Source: Lama glama
Lineage: Eukaryota
Assembly (NCBI GenBank): GCA_028534125.1
Contig: CM052817.1
Location: forward strand, 93,994,001-94,058,000
DNA length: 64,000 nucleotides
Direction of reading: 5' to 3'
The notes beneath the pieces are model-generated. The model was not told the DNA's origin and did not search any database. It saw only the letters and a list, made by a program, of their open reading frames with translations. Numbering within the stretch: the stretch's first letter is position 1; each line of letters opens with the position of its first letter. Below are positions 40,550-53,426 of this stretch, one piece after another. A program made the translations under genes and the position numbers.

Positions 40550-42000
40550 AGAGATCGGAAGGTGGGAATCTAGAGTCACAGCCACCTGCACCGCGTCCGC
40601 TTCGGGCCACTCCTCCTGGAAAGCCACCTGTGACTCGACACACGATCCCCCCATGACGCGGCCGTCGCCGCGCGACTCGGAGGAGACAGCCGCGCATGCG
40701 CAGCAGCGAAGGGGCGGGGCAGGGAGCGGGGTCCGAGGGCACCGGGAAGGGAGTTGGCGAGTGGTGGTGGAGGAAGAGGGGAGGAAGAAAAGGAGGGCGG
40801 CGGGGCGGCGGGGCGGCGGGGCGGCGGGGCGGGCCTTTCAGGGGATCTGGCATCTTTCACTTCCGGTTCGGTGGACCTTCTGAATCCGGGTCAAGGGTGT
40901 TCGCCTTCACTTCTCCCGGGTTAATTCGGCACGCTGGGTGACAGCGGCTCCTGACTCAACTCAGGACCGGTTTCATCCCACGACCTGCCAGAGCCCGGAC
41001 GCCCACACCTGCCGCGGGTCGCGGAGGCGCGCTTCCTCACCGACTGGCTCTCAGCCCCTGGCCTTGAGTGCCCGCCGCCGCCGGGGGGCCTCGCTAGCCC
41101 TTCCGCGCCGATGCTGAGAGAGACCGCGGGCCCCGGGCGGCGGCGGCGGAGTGTGGGCCTCTTGCTCCTTAGGCCCGCCGCAGGCGGTGCCGGTTCTTAC
41201 GCGCCCGAGGCTTGCTAACTCCTGCCTGGGCTTGGATGGGCCCTCCTGCCCGATAAATGTGGCTACTGAGGCGGCGGTGGCGGTGGTCGGTCCTGCTGCT
41301 GCTGCCGCGTTCGAAGTTCACCTCCGCCCCGGGACTCTCCTGCCCCACTCCCGGGCTGTGGCCGCCCGCTCTTAACCCCTTGGCCCTGGCCTTGCAGCTT
41401 GGCGACCATGGACAAGATCCTGGAGGGCCTGGTGAGTTCTTCGCACCCGCTGCCGCTAAAGCGGGTAATTGTGCGGAAGGTGGTGGAGTCGGCGGAGAAT
41501 TGGCTGGACGAGGCGCAGTGCGAGGCCATGTTTGACCTGACGACCCGGCTCATCCTGGAGGGCCAGGACCCCTTTCAGCGGCAGGTGGGGCACCAAGTGC
41601 TGGAGGCCTACGCACGGTACCACCGGCCGGAGTTCGAGTCCTTCTTCAACAAGACGTTCGTGTTGGGCCTCCTGCAGCAAGGCTACCACTCGCTAGACAG
41701 GAAGGACGTAGCCATCCTGGACTACATTCACAATGGCCTGAGGCTGATCATGAGCTGCCCGTCGGTGCTGGACCTCTTCAGCCTACTGCAGGTGGAGGTG
41801 CTGCGGATGGTGTGTGAGCGGCCGGAGCCGCAGCTGTGCGCCCGACTGAGCGACCTCCTGACCGACTTCGTGCAGTGCATCCCCAAAGGGAAACTGTCCA
41901 TCACCTTCTGTCAACAGCTGGTTCGAACGATAGGCCACTTCCAGTGCGTCTCCACCCAGGAGAAAGAGCTGCGGGAGTATGTCTCGCAGGTGACAAAAGT
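40550..42000. promoter_or_regulatory. USP38: CpG island / TATA-less USP38 promoter and first exon
   Basis: Abrupt rise in GC and CpG; NRF1-type GCGCATGCGC 40692-40701; GC boxes 40711-40720 and 40795-40833; ETS/GABP-type CACTTCCGG 40858-40866. Confidence 0.9.
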
Positions 42001-42089
42001 GAGTAACTTGCTGCAGAACATCTGGAAGGCCGAGCCCTCCACCCTGCTGCCTTCCCTGCAAGAAGTTTTTGCAAGCATTTCTTCCACAG
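41408..42089 (+). CDS. USP38: USP38 coding exon 1 (682 nt)
   Basis: Strong Kozak accATGg; MDKILEGLVSSSHPLPLKRVIVRKVVESA...FASISST matches the USP38 N-terminus; donor G|gtaagg. Confidence 0.97.
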
Positions 42090-43672
42090 GTAAGGGTCAT
42101 TATATTACGAGAAAATCTCCCTTGGAAATTTCAATATTCCGCTCTCATGTGTACACCATGTTTGCTTCCCTGTCCTGAAAACGTCTTAATGGGAGATCAA
42201 ATCTTAACACCCTCATCCAAATTCCCGTCCACTACCCTACTCAGGCTGGCATTTGGACCTTAGAAAACAGGCAGTGTTTTTTATTTTAAGTGTTGAGAAC
42301 GTTGAGGTCTAAGACCTTTGGCAGTAAACAAGTTGCTTAATTATCTAGCCTCTTGCTCAAGTTAGGGAATGCTTTGAAGATGACAGCTACTATATAAACT
42401 TCTATTCATTGGTGACTAATGGCAGCATAATGTTTACCATATTATTATTGTGCTGTGACTCTATCATCTTGTTGAAATGAGTTTTTCCTTAGTGTTTGAA
42501 TTTCCCCATTTTTTAATTGATGGACTGTGCAGTTTTATTACTCGATTTTCCTAGTTAACTACATATTTCTTGAATATTGATATTTTCTCTGCAGTAAAGT
42601 TAGAGTGGATACAGGTGGAATGAGTGAAGGGAAAGAGTATGAAGACTTAAACAGGTGTTTTTGCATGCCAGGTGTATATACAGCCCACGGACTGTGTCCT
42701 TAGAAGTCAGGAATGGATCAAGTGGTACTTGGGAAAATGCTTTCTCACCCAGGAATTTTACGTGTGCTTTTACATTCCTTGTTGGGATACGGAGTGTTCA
42801 GCTCTGTTAAGTTGTGAAACAGTAGATCCAAAACTGTATTCACTCCCTCTCTGCTTGGTACAGCCATTCTCTGGCTGTTGTTCGAAATTGAACTTGTGAA
42901 GAAGGTGTACTCCTTTTATCTTGAGAACCAGGAATAAGAGTAGAGTTTTAACAGGCTCCATGCTTTCTGATGAATTAAATACATTTATGAAAGAATTACC
43001 AACTATATATTGGCAGTGTCTGAGTTGGGGTTTTTTTTTTAATTGTAATTGTTCTTGTATTGCTTGTGTGGCTAGACCTACTAGATTTCCCCAGAAATTT
43101 TTCAGCTATGGTTGTAAAGGTACTCACCTTGGATTTGCTTAATTTTTATGTAGTTTAAGCAAAGTCCCCCTAAAATTCACCTTAATTTCTATTTCTTTAA
43201 GAGATTTTAAAAAATTTTCCTTAAAGCAATGTAATGACTACTGTAATTTAGTAGTTGTAAGTTACTCTGGAGGATCTAAAATGGGAATTTAAGTTATACC
43301 TTACATTTTTTTTCTGACTGCTGCTTTACAAATGAATATTTTGCCGCAACAACAATATTAGAGAATGCAAGAAAATAAAGTAATTTATGGACTAAATATG
43401 GAGATAGCCAAGAACAGATTTTATATTGCAGTAGTTCTGCTTATAGGATGAGCGATCATTGCCACTGACTCTTTATCTCTCATTTCTGCAATTTAACATT
43501 GCTCATACGCTAGAGTCCATAAGGTGGAACCTAACAACTGCTTCCTGATTAACACTTTTGCTGCAGTTACATTTTGGGGTGGGAGGGGAGGGGGTGTAAA
43601 CTGTTGTTCTCTCTAAATACTTCACTTGAACCTTCTTGCCATATTCCTTTTTCTTTTTAATTAAAAAAATAG

Positions 43673-43808
43673 ATGCATCATTTGAACCTTCTGTAGCATT
43701 GGCAAGTCTTGTGCAGCACATTCCTCTTCAGATGATTACAGTTCTCATCAGGAGCCTTACTACGGATCCAAATGTAAAAGATGCAAGTATGACCCAAGCT
43801 CTTTGCAG
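43673..43808 (+). CDS. USP38: USP38 coding exon 2 (136 nt)
   Basis: ag|AT GCA TCA: DASFEPSVALASLVQHIPLQMITVLIRSLTTDPNVKDASMTQALCR; donor AG|gtactt. Confidence 0.96.
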
Positions 43809-44539
43809 GTACTTCTTCATAACACCAAAGATGGTAATTGCAGATTTGGGAGGAGGAGATATTTTGTTGTATTTTGTAGGTAATGAAAAACTTAGTGTTT
43901 AAAACTGAAATCATGCAATCAAATATATAAAGATTCTCCAAACTAATTGGAATGAATACCTTATTATAGGCTTGACAGGCATCCCAATAATTCACAAATC
44001 TATTTTCAATTAAGCTTTTTTAAATTCCAGAAACAAAACATATATGCACTTACTGTACAGTCAGGAGTTGGTTAAATTACCAATATATTTCACTAATTTC
44101 TTTGCCCAGTATTGTTTCCTACAGCCTATTTCCTCCCTAAAAAGGGATCTGTTTTTTTCTGGCTAAGTGTATACTTTTACTTAGTACATACTTTTACTTT
44201 CTCTTTCAACTAGGATCTCTGGGTAATACTCTCTTAGCCTTTGTTTGAAATGCATTTTTTCTTGCTTATTCTCAAATAGATGATTTGTCAATATACAGAA
44301 TTCTAATTTGATAGTTAGTTTCTCTTAGCATTTTGTAAATAGTACTGCATTGTCTTCTGACATCTATTGTTGCTGCCTTGGAGTCTGCAGTCAATCCGAG
44401 TATCATTCGTTTGTGAGTTGTTAGGCTCCTCTGGTAATGTTTATGCTTTTCTCTTTATCCTTGATGTTTTGCAGTTTTATTCTTCTATTTCTAGGTGTAA
44501 ACTTAAAGTTATTTGCATTTGTCAGAACTGTTGTGCTTT

Positions 44540-45050
44540 TATTAATTCAATCATTCATTCAGCTATTCATATCACATTTATTGGGCACGTACCATGAATG
44601 CTAAGCAATGTTTAAAAACCTTGAACGAATGGTCAAAATATCTGTCTTCATGGACTTGCCTTCAAGTTGGGGAGGTATACAGTACCTGATAACATATTTC
44701 CTCAATTCCAAGATGCATCCTGATTTCTGAGATGTTAAAATGTGGACAAGCACATCATTGGTGTTGTAGTTTAAACGGCAGGACTTTTCTTGGCTTAGTG
44801 GTATGTAAACTATACTTTCTAAAATTGATTTTGTTTTAGATTTGATTAAATATGATAAGTAAAATAATTTAGTATGTTGAATAGTGGTCCATGTTTTGGG
44901 AAAAAAAAGTAGACAGGAAGGGGATAAAATGTGGGGGAATGGTTTGCAATTTTAAGTAAGATGGATGAGGAAAGCCTCACTGAGAAGGTGACCGTGAAGT
45001 AAGACATGAAGGAAATGAGGATGCAAAGCTGTGGAGATCTAAGGGGAAGA
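44540..45050 (-). mobile_element. L2 3' fragment within old L1-like sequence
   Basis: 'attcaatcattcattcag...atttattgggcacgtacca'; 'ggaaagcctcactgagaaggtgac'. Confidence 0.55.
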
Positions 45051-47038
45051 ACATCAATACTGTCTTACAGTTCACTAATTTTTCCTTCAAAGGTACCCAT
45101 TTATAGAGATTATCCCAGAATTTGAGTTTCTTTAGTTCAATAACTATTTTTCTAATGAAGCTTTTCCTGTCTACCTTTTCTTTTTTCATATCTGTTCTTG
45201 TTTTGTGATTTTTTCGTATTTTTTTCCTGTGTGTATGTGTGTGTATGTATGGATAGCACATTTAAATAAAGTATAAGGATTTGGAACAAAATGGTTTTTG
45301 TGAGCCTTTTATAAATTACAGTCATAAGGTAACATTTATGTTGGGTTCTCAGAAAGCTACATGTATATAATCTCACTCTCTGTTAACATAAACTTTGGGA
45401 ATTTTGATTTTCTCCACCTTCTCCCCCTTTTTGTCCAGTATTTAAAAAAGCCTTTGTCTTCTAGCTTTTCTTGTTTCTTCCTTGTTGTCTTATACTTAAG
45501 TCAATTTGTCTGTAACTTTTACTTCCAGTTTCTTACTGCTTATTTTCTCTTTAAATTCCATAGATTTGTGAAAGTGCTTTCTATACAGGAGAAAAGTCTA
45601 TGTACACATTGTTCCTGCCATGTGGCCTCGATCCCCACTGCTTTCAGCTTATGGTGATCTCCTTGCCATTTTGGTGGTCTATACATTATTCTCATCTTCT
45701 TGATATCTTTGTATTCATAGTTCTTGAAATTCCAAAAGTCCTGTAATACAGTGCTGTTAGGGTTTTCTTCCTATTATCTGTTCTTTTTATTTTCCTTTTC
45801 CCTGTATCAATCTTTATCTACATGTGATGATTTGCAAGTCTTTATGTAAAGTTCTCATTGTTCATTTGCTTTTAAGAAACACTCTTACTTCATCCATCTC
45901 TCCATAATCAGACTCCTGTGTCCTGTTAGCAGCACTCCTTTGTCAGTATGACTGTAGTAGCACTGAAGTCTCCCTTTGAGATGAATATATCATAAACTAT
46001 GTTGTCCTCTAAGTAAAACAGAAAGATTCAGAGAATTAGATTTCACAGCTGAAAGTGAAATTAGAAGTCGGTTGGTCCATCACCTTCATTGCCTGGGTAA
46101 TAATAGCTCACATTTTTCATTACATGCCAAAAGTCATTGCAGCAGAGACTTCTAGTTGGCCTTTTTGCCAGCAGTGACTTGTCTCTCTTCTCTAGGTCAT
46201 CCTGGCTGCTCATTTCTCCCTTCTGATCGAGAAACTACAATGACTTCCAGCACTTACTAAGTCAGGTGCAAATTCCACTTCTTGGCATCCGGCACTCTTA
46301 GTCTTAATTTTTGAACCTTTCAAAATAATCATAGTATCCAACTTAGGAATTTATTTTATTTTTAAGATATATTTGGAAATTAATTTTTACCTATTTGTTT
46401 CTATGGGAAGTTGTGATCCAGTTTTTGTATTGAATTTCCAGTTTATCCTACATGATCGTGTTTTAGCTCATAATGTACCTGGAGTAACTATTCTCACATT
46501 GCAAGTGTAAATGAGAAGGATGCTTACTTTTACCACACTCCCACCTTATACTCCCCCATACACTATACTTCCCCACACATAGCACTTACCATGCTTTACT
46601 GTCATTCTCTGTAATCCAAAGAAATGCAAACACAGGTATTGTACCAGAACCAGATAAGTAACATTAAAGTATGAAATAGGCCAGGTGTGACGGAAATAAT
46701 ACGAAATGGGGTGCACAGGCACTTTCTAAAAGAGAAAGCTGATCCTCGGTGAAAGCTATCTTATCATAGGGAAATTTGAGTTCAGTGTTGCTGATCTGAT
46801 TTTTCAAAAGAAGCCTGAAATCAGTTTTTATGTGAATTTTTTAAATTTTCAAAACATTGCAACACGTCAAACTGAAGGTTGGATCTAGCCCTTAAGAAGC
46901 CATCTAACAGTGAAAATTAGTTTTATTCTCTACAAATTAAGATTAAATTTATTTTGTGGCCTTTCATAATATTGCCAATTTTGATTTAAGGTTTTCAAGT
47001 TGTATGTATTTTTTTTAGCTATAAAGAGAAATGGCTTC

Positions 47039-47067
47039 TTTTTGCTGTTTGTGTGTGTGTGTGTGTG

Positions 47068-47100
<33 letters not shown>

Positions 47101-47214
47101 TTGGAGGGGGATGATTTGGTTTGTTTGTTTCAATGGAGGTATTGGGGATTGAACCCATGACCTCATACACGCTAAGCACGCACTCAACCACTGAGCTATA
47201 TACCCTCCCACCTT
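47039..47214 (-). mobile_element. tRNA-Ala-derived SINE with (CA)n microsatellite in its tail
   Basis: Reverse A/B boxes; TSD gagaaatgg(c/t)ttc at 47026-47038 and 47215-47227; (TG)n 47050-47100. Confidence 0.9.
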
Positions 47215-47769
47215 GAGAAATGGTTTCATTTATTCAACAAATTTGAGCTCCATTTCAGTGCCAATCGAAGAATAAAGATTTTAAGAAAACAAGACTGCTG
47301 TCTTAAGCTCACAATTTAATGGAAGAAACAAGATTTATTACAACTACATTTAATTTCTTACTATTTAAAGAACATTTAGAACTATCAGCATATCAGGGTT
47401 ATGTGTCCTTAAAATTCACAATGTAACCAATACATGGTGGATAAGATTACCATAGTTAATCATAAATATAACTCATTCTACAGCGCTTATGCCTGAGAGG
47501 TTTTGGGCATATGCAAATCCAATCAAAGTGAAGCAAAACTGGAATGTAACTCAAGTGTAGCCAAAAGTATTACATTATACACCAGCAGAGCTTAGTTCAG
47601 ATACCAGTACTGCTGTTTATTGTGTGACTGTTGATAAATTTCCTAACTTTTCTTATCAATCTGAGGACAGAAACCCTGTATTACTAATATTCTTAGCACT
47701 TAACACAGTACCTGTTATATAATAGATACTCAAATATTTTTGAACAAGTGGCTTCTATTCCTGTTACTT

Positions 47770-47901
47770 TTTTTTTTTTTTTGGCTGAGGGGAGGGAGGT
47801 AATTAGGTTTATTTATTTTAGAGGATGTACTGGCGATTGAACCCAGAACCTTGTGCATGCTAGGCATGGGCTCTACCACTTGAGCTATTCCCTCCCCCTC
47901 A
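47770..47901 (-). mobile_element. tRNA-Ala-derived SINE (vic-1-like)
   Basis: Poly-T, reverse A/B boxes; TSD tgttactt at 47762-47769 and 47902-47909. Confidence 0.9.
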
Positions 47902-49990
47902 TGTTACTTCTGACTTAAAGTATCTTTAGATTGGTCAGAAGATTGAGTATATGTGGGGTAAGGTAAAGAATAAAGGCTTATGAGAGGGGAAGCCAGAAAT
48001 GGGGAGGAGGAAAAGGCTTTTTGGGTGATGGGGGAAAATTAAAAAGCCATGGCCAAGTGGAATTTTCTGCTCTGCCCCCTCACTCTTTACTAATGCTCCC
48101 CTTAGACCTGAGCCAGAGGGAGTCCTGTCCTTGGGCCCTGTGCGCTAGGAAGCCCAGTCTGCTGCTGCTCTGGAACTTTGCTCCCTACGGGCCAGAGTCC
48201 AGAGAGCCAAAGAGGTGTGTTCACATACACTCCTCCTGTAAACCACATCTTTTTTCCTGTGAATATTTACACTAAAAAAATGTATAGTATGTACTCACAT
48301 GTTACAAACAAACAAAAAAACAGTTTTAAAAAGATTTATGGATTTTTTTTCTTTTTTAATTTAAGATTATCTCAGCTCTTTCTATATTAGATCCCCATGG
48401 AGTTATTCATATTGATCTATCTCATTCTTTAAAACTCTACGTCATGCTCCATAATAACAGTACCATAGTATATTTAGCCATTTCCTTATGGGGGGCATTT
48501 AGATAATTTGTATTTTTTTTCTGTATAATATGCAGTGCTACAGTGAATATACCCTTTGTACACAAATGCAATTATCTCTACTTTCTACTCCATGTATGTA
48601 GTGTGGCCACAGACTTATGAAAACCAGACTAACAACAGATGGAAGATGTGGAACAGTTGTCAGGGACTACTGTAATGACTTATAACCATCACTATTGGAA
48701 GAAGATGGCCAGAAAGACAAGCAGGGAAAGACAATGTGTGTAAGGAACAGAGGGAACACACTGATAACCTGCAGTTAAAATGTGTTTGGACTTTGGAACC
48801 ACTCTTAGTATCTAATGGAACATTTTAATCTTAAGAGCAAAAACCTTAATAAAGATAACCCTCCAGTGCTACTGTAGATTGTTTATAACATATCAATAGG
48901 AAAGTCAGTCCTTTTAACATGTTAGTTGCTCTTTTGGTCATGTGTTTATGTACTCAGTATTTATATTTGATGTTTCATATGATCAAGGTATTATCTCTTG
49001 GTGGAAGAGAGACATTCATTGTGAGTATTTCCAGTGGCATATATTAATGCGTTTAACCTATACATCGGCCCTGTAAAATAAGCATGTTTATCTGTAATCT
49101 ACAGATAATGAACTGACATGCAAAGAAGTTAAATAACTTATATAAGTATTTAGGATCCCCCAGCTATTAAATGGTGAATTGAAATTTTTAAACCAGATCG
49201 CTCTGACTTTAAAAACTTGAGTTCTTTTTACAAGTTTTTTAAATTATATATTTGCCAAAATTGGATTTCTGGATCAAAGAATAAGAACATTTGGCCCAAT
49301 TGCTCTCCAGAAGAGTTGTACCAGTCTTCTTCATTGTGGTTGAGGTCTAACCTTTGGGACAGTCTCCATCACACCCCATATTATTTTATCTTTATTTCCA
49401 TTAAACTGGGTTGGTACTCAAAAAGAAACACACTCATTAATACAAAATGAGGCCGTTTTGATATTTACACATTCAGTGCCCTTTTATCTATTATTTCTTT
49501 TGTCTTTGTGTAGTAGGATTTTGAAAGAGATGAAGAGACCTGTTCCACAATTCAAAATACAGTCTTTTTAAACAGCGCATTTCATATTTAGACTGCAATT
49601 ACTAGCAAGGAGAAATTGTGGTTCATATCCATATGTCTTAGTTAAGATAGTTGTATTTAAACTGTTCTTATTAGAGTAAATTTGCCTAATAAATTCTTGA
49701 TACCATATATAGCATAAATGTTAAACTTTGTGTTTATGCAAAATGATAGCTTATCTGAGAAATTTTTATGCAAATATACTGTATAAGAAACTGTCAGCTT
49801 ACAAGATTAGAAACTCTGAGTATAAGCACCTATTATTCTCATTTCTACATCTTCAATAGTGCTTTTCACAAGCAAGCTCAGTAAATATTGAGTCACAAAG
49901 TGAGTATCTACTGTAATTCTTTTTATTCCTAATTAAATAATGTTGAAGATGTTTTCAATGCTGATGGTTTCGTTTTCCTTCAATTTTCAG

Positions 49991-50120
49991 AATGATTGAC
50001 TGGCTGTCCTGGCCATTGGCTCAGCACGTAGACACATGGGTGATTGCACTCCTGAAAGGACTGGCAGCTGTCCAGAAGTTTACTATTTTGATAGATGTTA
50101 CTTTACTGAAAATAGAACTG
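49991..50120 (+). CDS. USP38: USP38 coding exon 3 (130 nt)
   Basis: ttttcag|A ATG ATT GAC TGG: MIDWLSWPLAQHVDTWVIALLKGLAAVQKFTILIDVTLLKIEL; donor |gtaagt. Confidence 0.97.
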
Positions 50121-50339
50121 GTAAGTGGGAATATATAAATCTATTAGAATGTGTAGGTTAATATAGTCAATCTTTTTATCTTTTTCTTTCAATTGTGCCC
50201 TTTAAAGCTTCTAATTTTGAATATGTTCTTGTTTTTGTTCTTTTGAATAATAATTCTGAATGAGCTTTAGAAATTTAGAACGCTGCTTAAGATTAGGTAA
50301 TTAATTTTGCTGTTTTCAAATATTTAATATGAAAACACA

Positions 50340-51990
50340 TTCCTCCCGTTATCTCTTGAATCTCAGCGAATCAAGCTTTTACCACCATTATTCTGTCAAA
50401 ACTGTCTTTGACACCAATGCTTTCCAGTGTTGCATAACTCGGGAGCTATTTCTCAGGCCTCCTCTCATTTAACCTTTCAGTCATTTGACATAGTTGATCA
50501 CTCCCTACTGAAACACTTACCTCACTTAGTTTCCAGGACATTATACTTTCGTAGTTTTTGTCCTAGTTCACTGGCTTCTCAGGCTTCTGTAGTGGGTCTT
50601 CCTACCTTTAGAGTGCCCTCTGGTTCATTTTCTTCTCAGTCTACTCACAGCCATCCATGGCTTTAAATAACATCTCTAAGATAATGACTGCAAAGTTTAT
50701 ATTTCTCGTCCATTATTATTCCATGGACTCCATATTCATGTATACAACTTTCTATACTTTTAACATTTTTTTATTGAGTTATAGTCATTTTACAATGTTG
50801 TGTCAAATTCCAGTGTAGAGCACAATTTTTCAGTTATACATGAACATACTTACATTCATTGTCACATTTTTTTCGCTGTGAGCTACCACAAGATCTAGTA
50901 TATATTTCCCTGTGCTATACAGTATAATCTTGTTTATCTATTCTACATTTTGAAATCCCAGTCTGTCCCTTCCCACCCCTCACCCCCTTGGCAACCACAA
51001 GTTTGTATTCTATATCTATGAGTCTGTTTCTGTTTTGTATTTATTTTATTTTATTTTTTTAGATTCCACATATGAGCGATCTCATATGATATTTTTCTTT
51101 CTCTTTCTGGCTTACTTCACTTAGAATGACATTCTCCAGGAGCATCCATGTTGCTGCAAATGGCGTTATGTTGTCAGTTTTTATGGCTGAATAGTATTCC
51201 TACAACTTTCTGTACTTAGCTTTCAAATTCAACTTATCCATAATCTTAACCCCTGATTTTTCTCTCCAAGACCTGGTCTTCCCCATCATAAATGGATATT
51301 CCATCCTTCCTCTTGCTCAGGCCAAAAACCTTGAAGTTTCTTTTCATTCTCTCCCAGCCCATATCTTACACATCTTATTGACTCCACCTTTAAAATATAT
51401 CCCAAATCTTACCACTTTTAACCAGCTACATCACTACCGCCCTGGTCTAAAGTCATCGTCATCCCTTGCTGTATTGATTGCTGTAGCCTTCCTGCTCTTG
51501 GTCCCCTCAGGTGTCCCTCGAGGTCCTGTATGATCTGGCCCACTGCTACTTCTCTCTTCCAGTCTCCCACTATGATTGCCTCAGTCTCTGCGCTTTACTT
51601 ACCCTGCCCTTGTTGTTATCTCTCTAGTCCACCAGGCTGGAGGCCTCGGCTTCTGCAGTGCTGGGCCTTTTCCTGCTTATCAGCCATCTGTCAGACTTAC
51701 TCTCATTCCTTTCAGTTTTTTAATAGCCAAATACCACCTTTTTCATGAGGCAGTTTTTAGATTCCCTGTATGAAATAGCAGGCCTTTTTGCCAGTCAGCA
51801 TTCCCTATGCAACATGCCCTGCTTTCACAGCAGCTCTCTCCCATGTTACTTTTTATTATCTCTACCCACCCTCTAGACTGTAAACCCTGTAAGATCAGAG
51901 ATTTCTTTTTTTTAATCTACTGTTGCCTGCCCAGAACAGTGCTGAGCAATAGTGGTGCTCGATAAATATTTGAATGAATTGACTGAATAA
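50340..51990 (+). mobile_element. L2 3' region, interrupted by a young L1
   Basis: 'catttgacatagttgatcactccct', 'ttgctcaggccaaaaacctt', tail 'gtgctcgataaatatttgaatgaat'. Confidence 0.75.
50760..51200 (-). mobile_element. Young L1 3' end
   Basis: 17-bp TSD tacaactttct(a/g)tactt at 50743-50759 and 51201-51217; reverse complement nearly identical to 6911-6993. Confidence 0.95.
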
Positions 51991-52265
51991 TGGGCTGTGG
52001 AGCTTATTACCTTGTAAACATGATTTGACAGTTTCTTATTTGATCAGGAGGTTTTAAGAGTTGGTTAAGTCACTATATTCCCTTGATCTCTGTCATTATT
52101 TCCCAACTGTCTCCCTCTCCCAGAGTTTAATAATATTTGTTATGATAGAACTTTCCAGGAAGGGGGATATTCACATAAATAATTTTTGGCCCTAGGAAAA
52201 TAACCACCAGTTGGGTAAATGATTCCCTGCTGACTCTTAAAGTGGGTGTCTTGTCTTTCCTGAAG

Positions 52266-52367
52266 GTTTTCAATCGTCTTTGGTTTCCTCTTGTGAGACC
52301 CGGTGCTCTTGCAGTTCTTTCTCACATGCTGCTGAGCTTTCAGCATTCGCCAGAGGCGTTCCATTTG
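52266..52367 (+). CDS. USP38: USP38 coding exon 4 (102 nt)
   Basis: aag|GTT TTC AAT CGT: VFNRLWFPLVRPGALAVLSHMLLSFQHSPEAFHL; donor |gtaagt. Confidence 0.96.
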
Positions 52368-53426
52368 GTAAGTTGTGACACAAATTTTCTATGCTGAAAA
52401 ACCTTGTCTTAAAATTTCAGTTTACTATTGAGTCACATTTGTTGATTGTGAAAAGACTGTAGGTTAGTCCTAAATATGACTGTTCTCACGTAGCTTTATA
52501 GTTGCTGTCAAAATTGAGATTTTGAGATTTCCTTCCAAAGAATATGTTTTCAGAATGTTCTAGGTCTCACCAAAATTGCTCCACTTACAGTCAGAATCAG
52601 CAATGGAAAGTTGAAAGCCACTCTTCTTAATGAGAGACGTCCCATGTCAGTGTCACAGATGGCATCTGTTGCACATGTGAATAGTGTAGAAATAAAATGG
52701 TTGAAAACCACTGACTACTTTAGAACTTCAAAAACATCACTCTTTGTTTTGTTGCCCCAGAATTAGGGCTTTTCTTTCTCTCTCAACCTGTATCCTACAA
52801 ATCCTGTTGATTCCACCTTTAAAATATATCTAGAATCCTGCCACTTTTAACCATCTACATCACAGGTTTTGATTTGATTTGATATTGATTATTTGATTAT
52901 CAGATTATTAGGTGAGAAATGACAGTGTTATTTTAGGAACTGTCCATTTGTCTATCTAGGGTGTCACAGGAATGCAGTGCTTTATGTGGTTACCCACTTT
53001 CTCCAAGGTCTGATCCTCAGTTCTACAGAACAAGAAATTCATTATCAACATACCCACAGAGTTAAAGTTTTAGGAATATTGGCCCACCACAAACAAATTC
53101 AAAGGAGATTGATGAAGTGCAGAATTCCAAATATTGATTGTTAGCTAGACATATCACTAGCCTCAGAATATTATTCTCACATAGGCTGCTAAGTGCCTTA
53201 TTTCCACTGAAGGAAGTCTGCAGGCTCAATAGAAGTAAACCTTAATTACCAGTAATTACATTATATAGTATCACTTAGCATGAGTGATTTCTGCATTTAA
53301 TTGCCCTAGTTGGTGAGCTTGAACATTAATTAGTAAGCTTATATCTGTTACACACACAAAACTCAAACTTGAGCTAATATAGTATGTATACTAACAAAAT
53401 CTTTCAAGGAAAAAAAATCAACTCTT

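Noticed and set aside
40406..40941. Pro/Arg/Gly-rich ORFs on both strands of the promoter
   Set aside because: Expected from stop-poor GC-rich sequence; no homology recognised
41263..42100. Antisense ORFs over exon 1
   Set aside because: Shadow ORFs from GC3-rich codon usage
41399..42178. 259-aa single-exon protein from the ORF track
   Set aside because: TTG start 9 nt before the true ATG and read-through past the strong donor at 42089/42090
43445..43510. Stem atgagcgat/attgctcat in intron 1 as a possible H/ACA RNA or pre-miRNA
   Set aside because: Only ~9 bp with a long loop; no convincing second hairpin or box positions
48590..48790. Purine-rich stretch resembling a retrocopy fragment
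   Set aside because: Short ORF with no recognisable protein, poly-A or TSD
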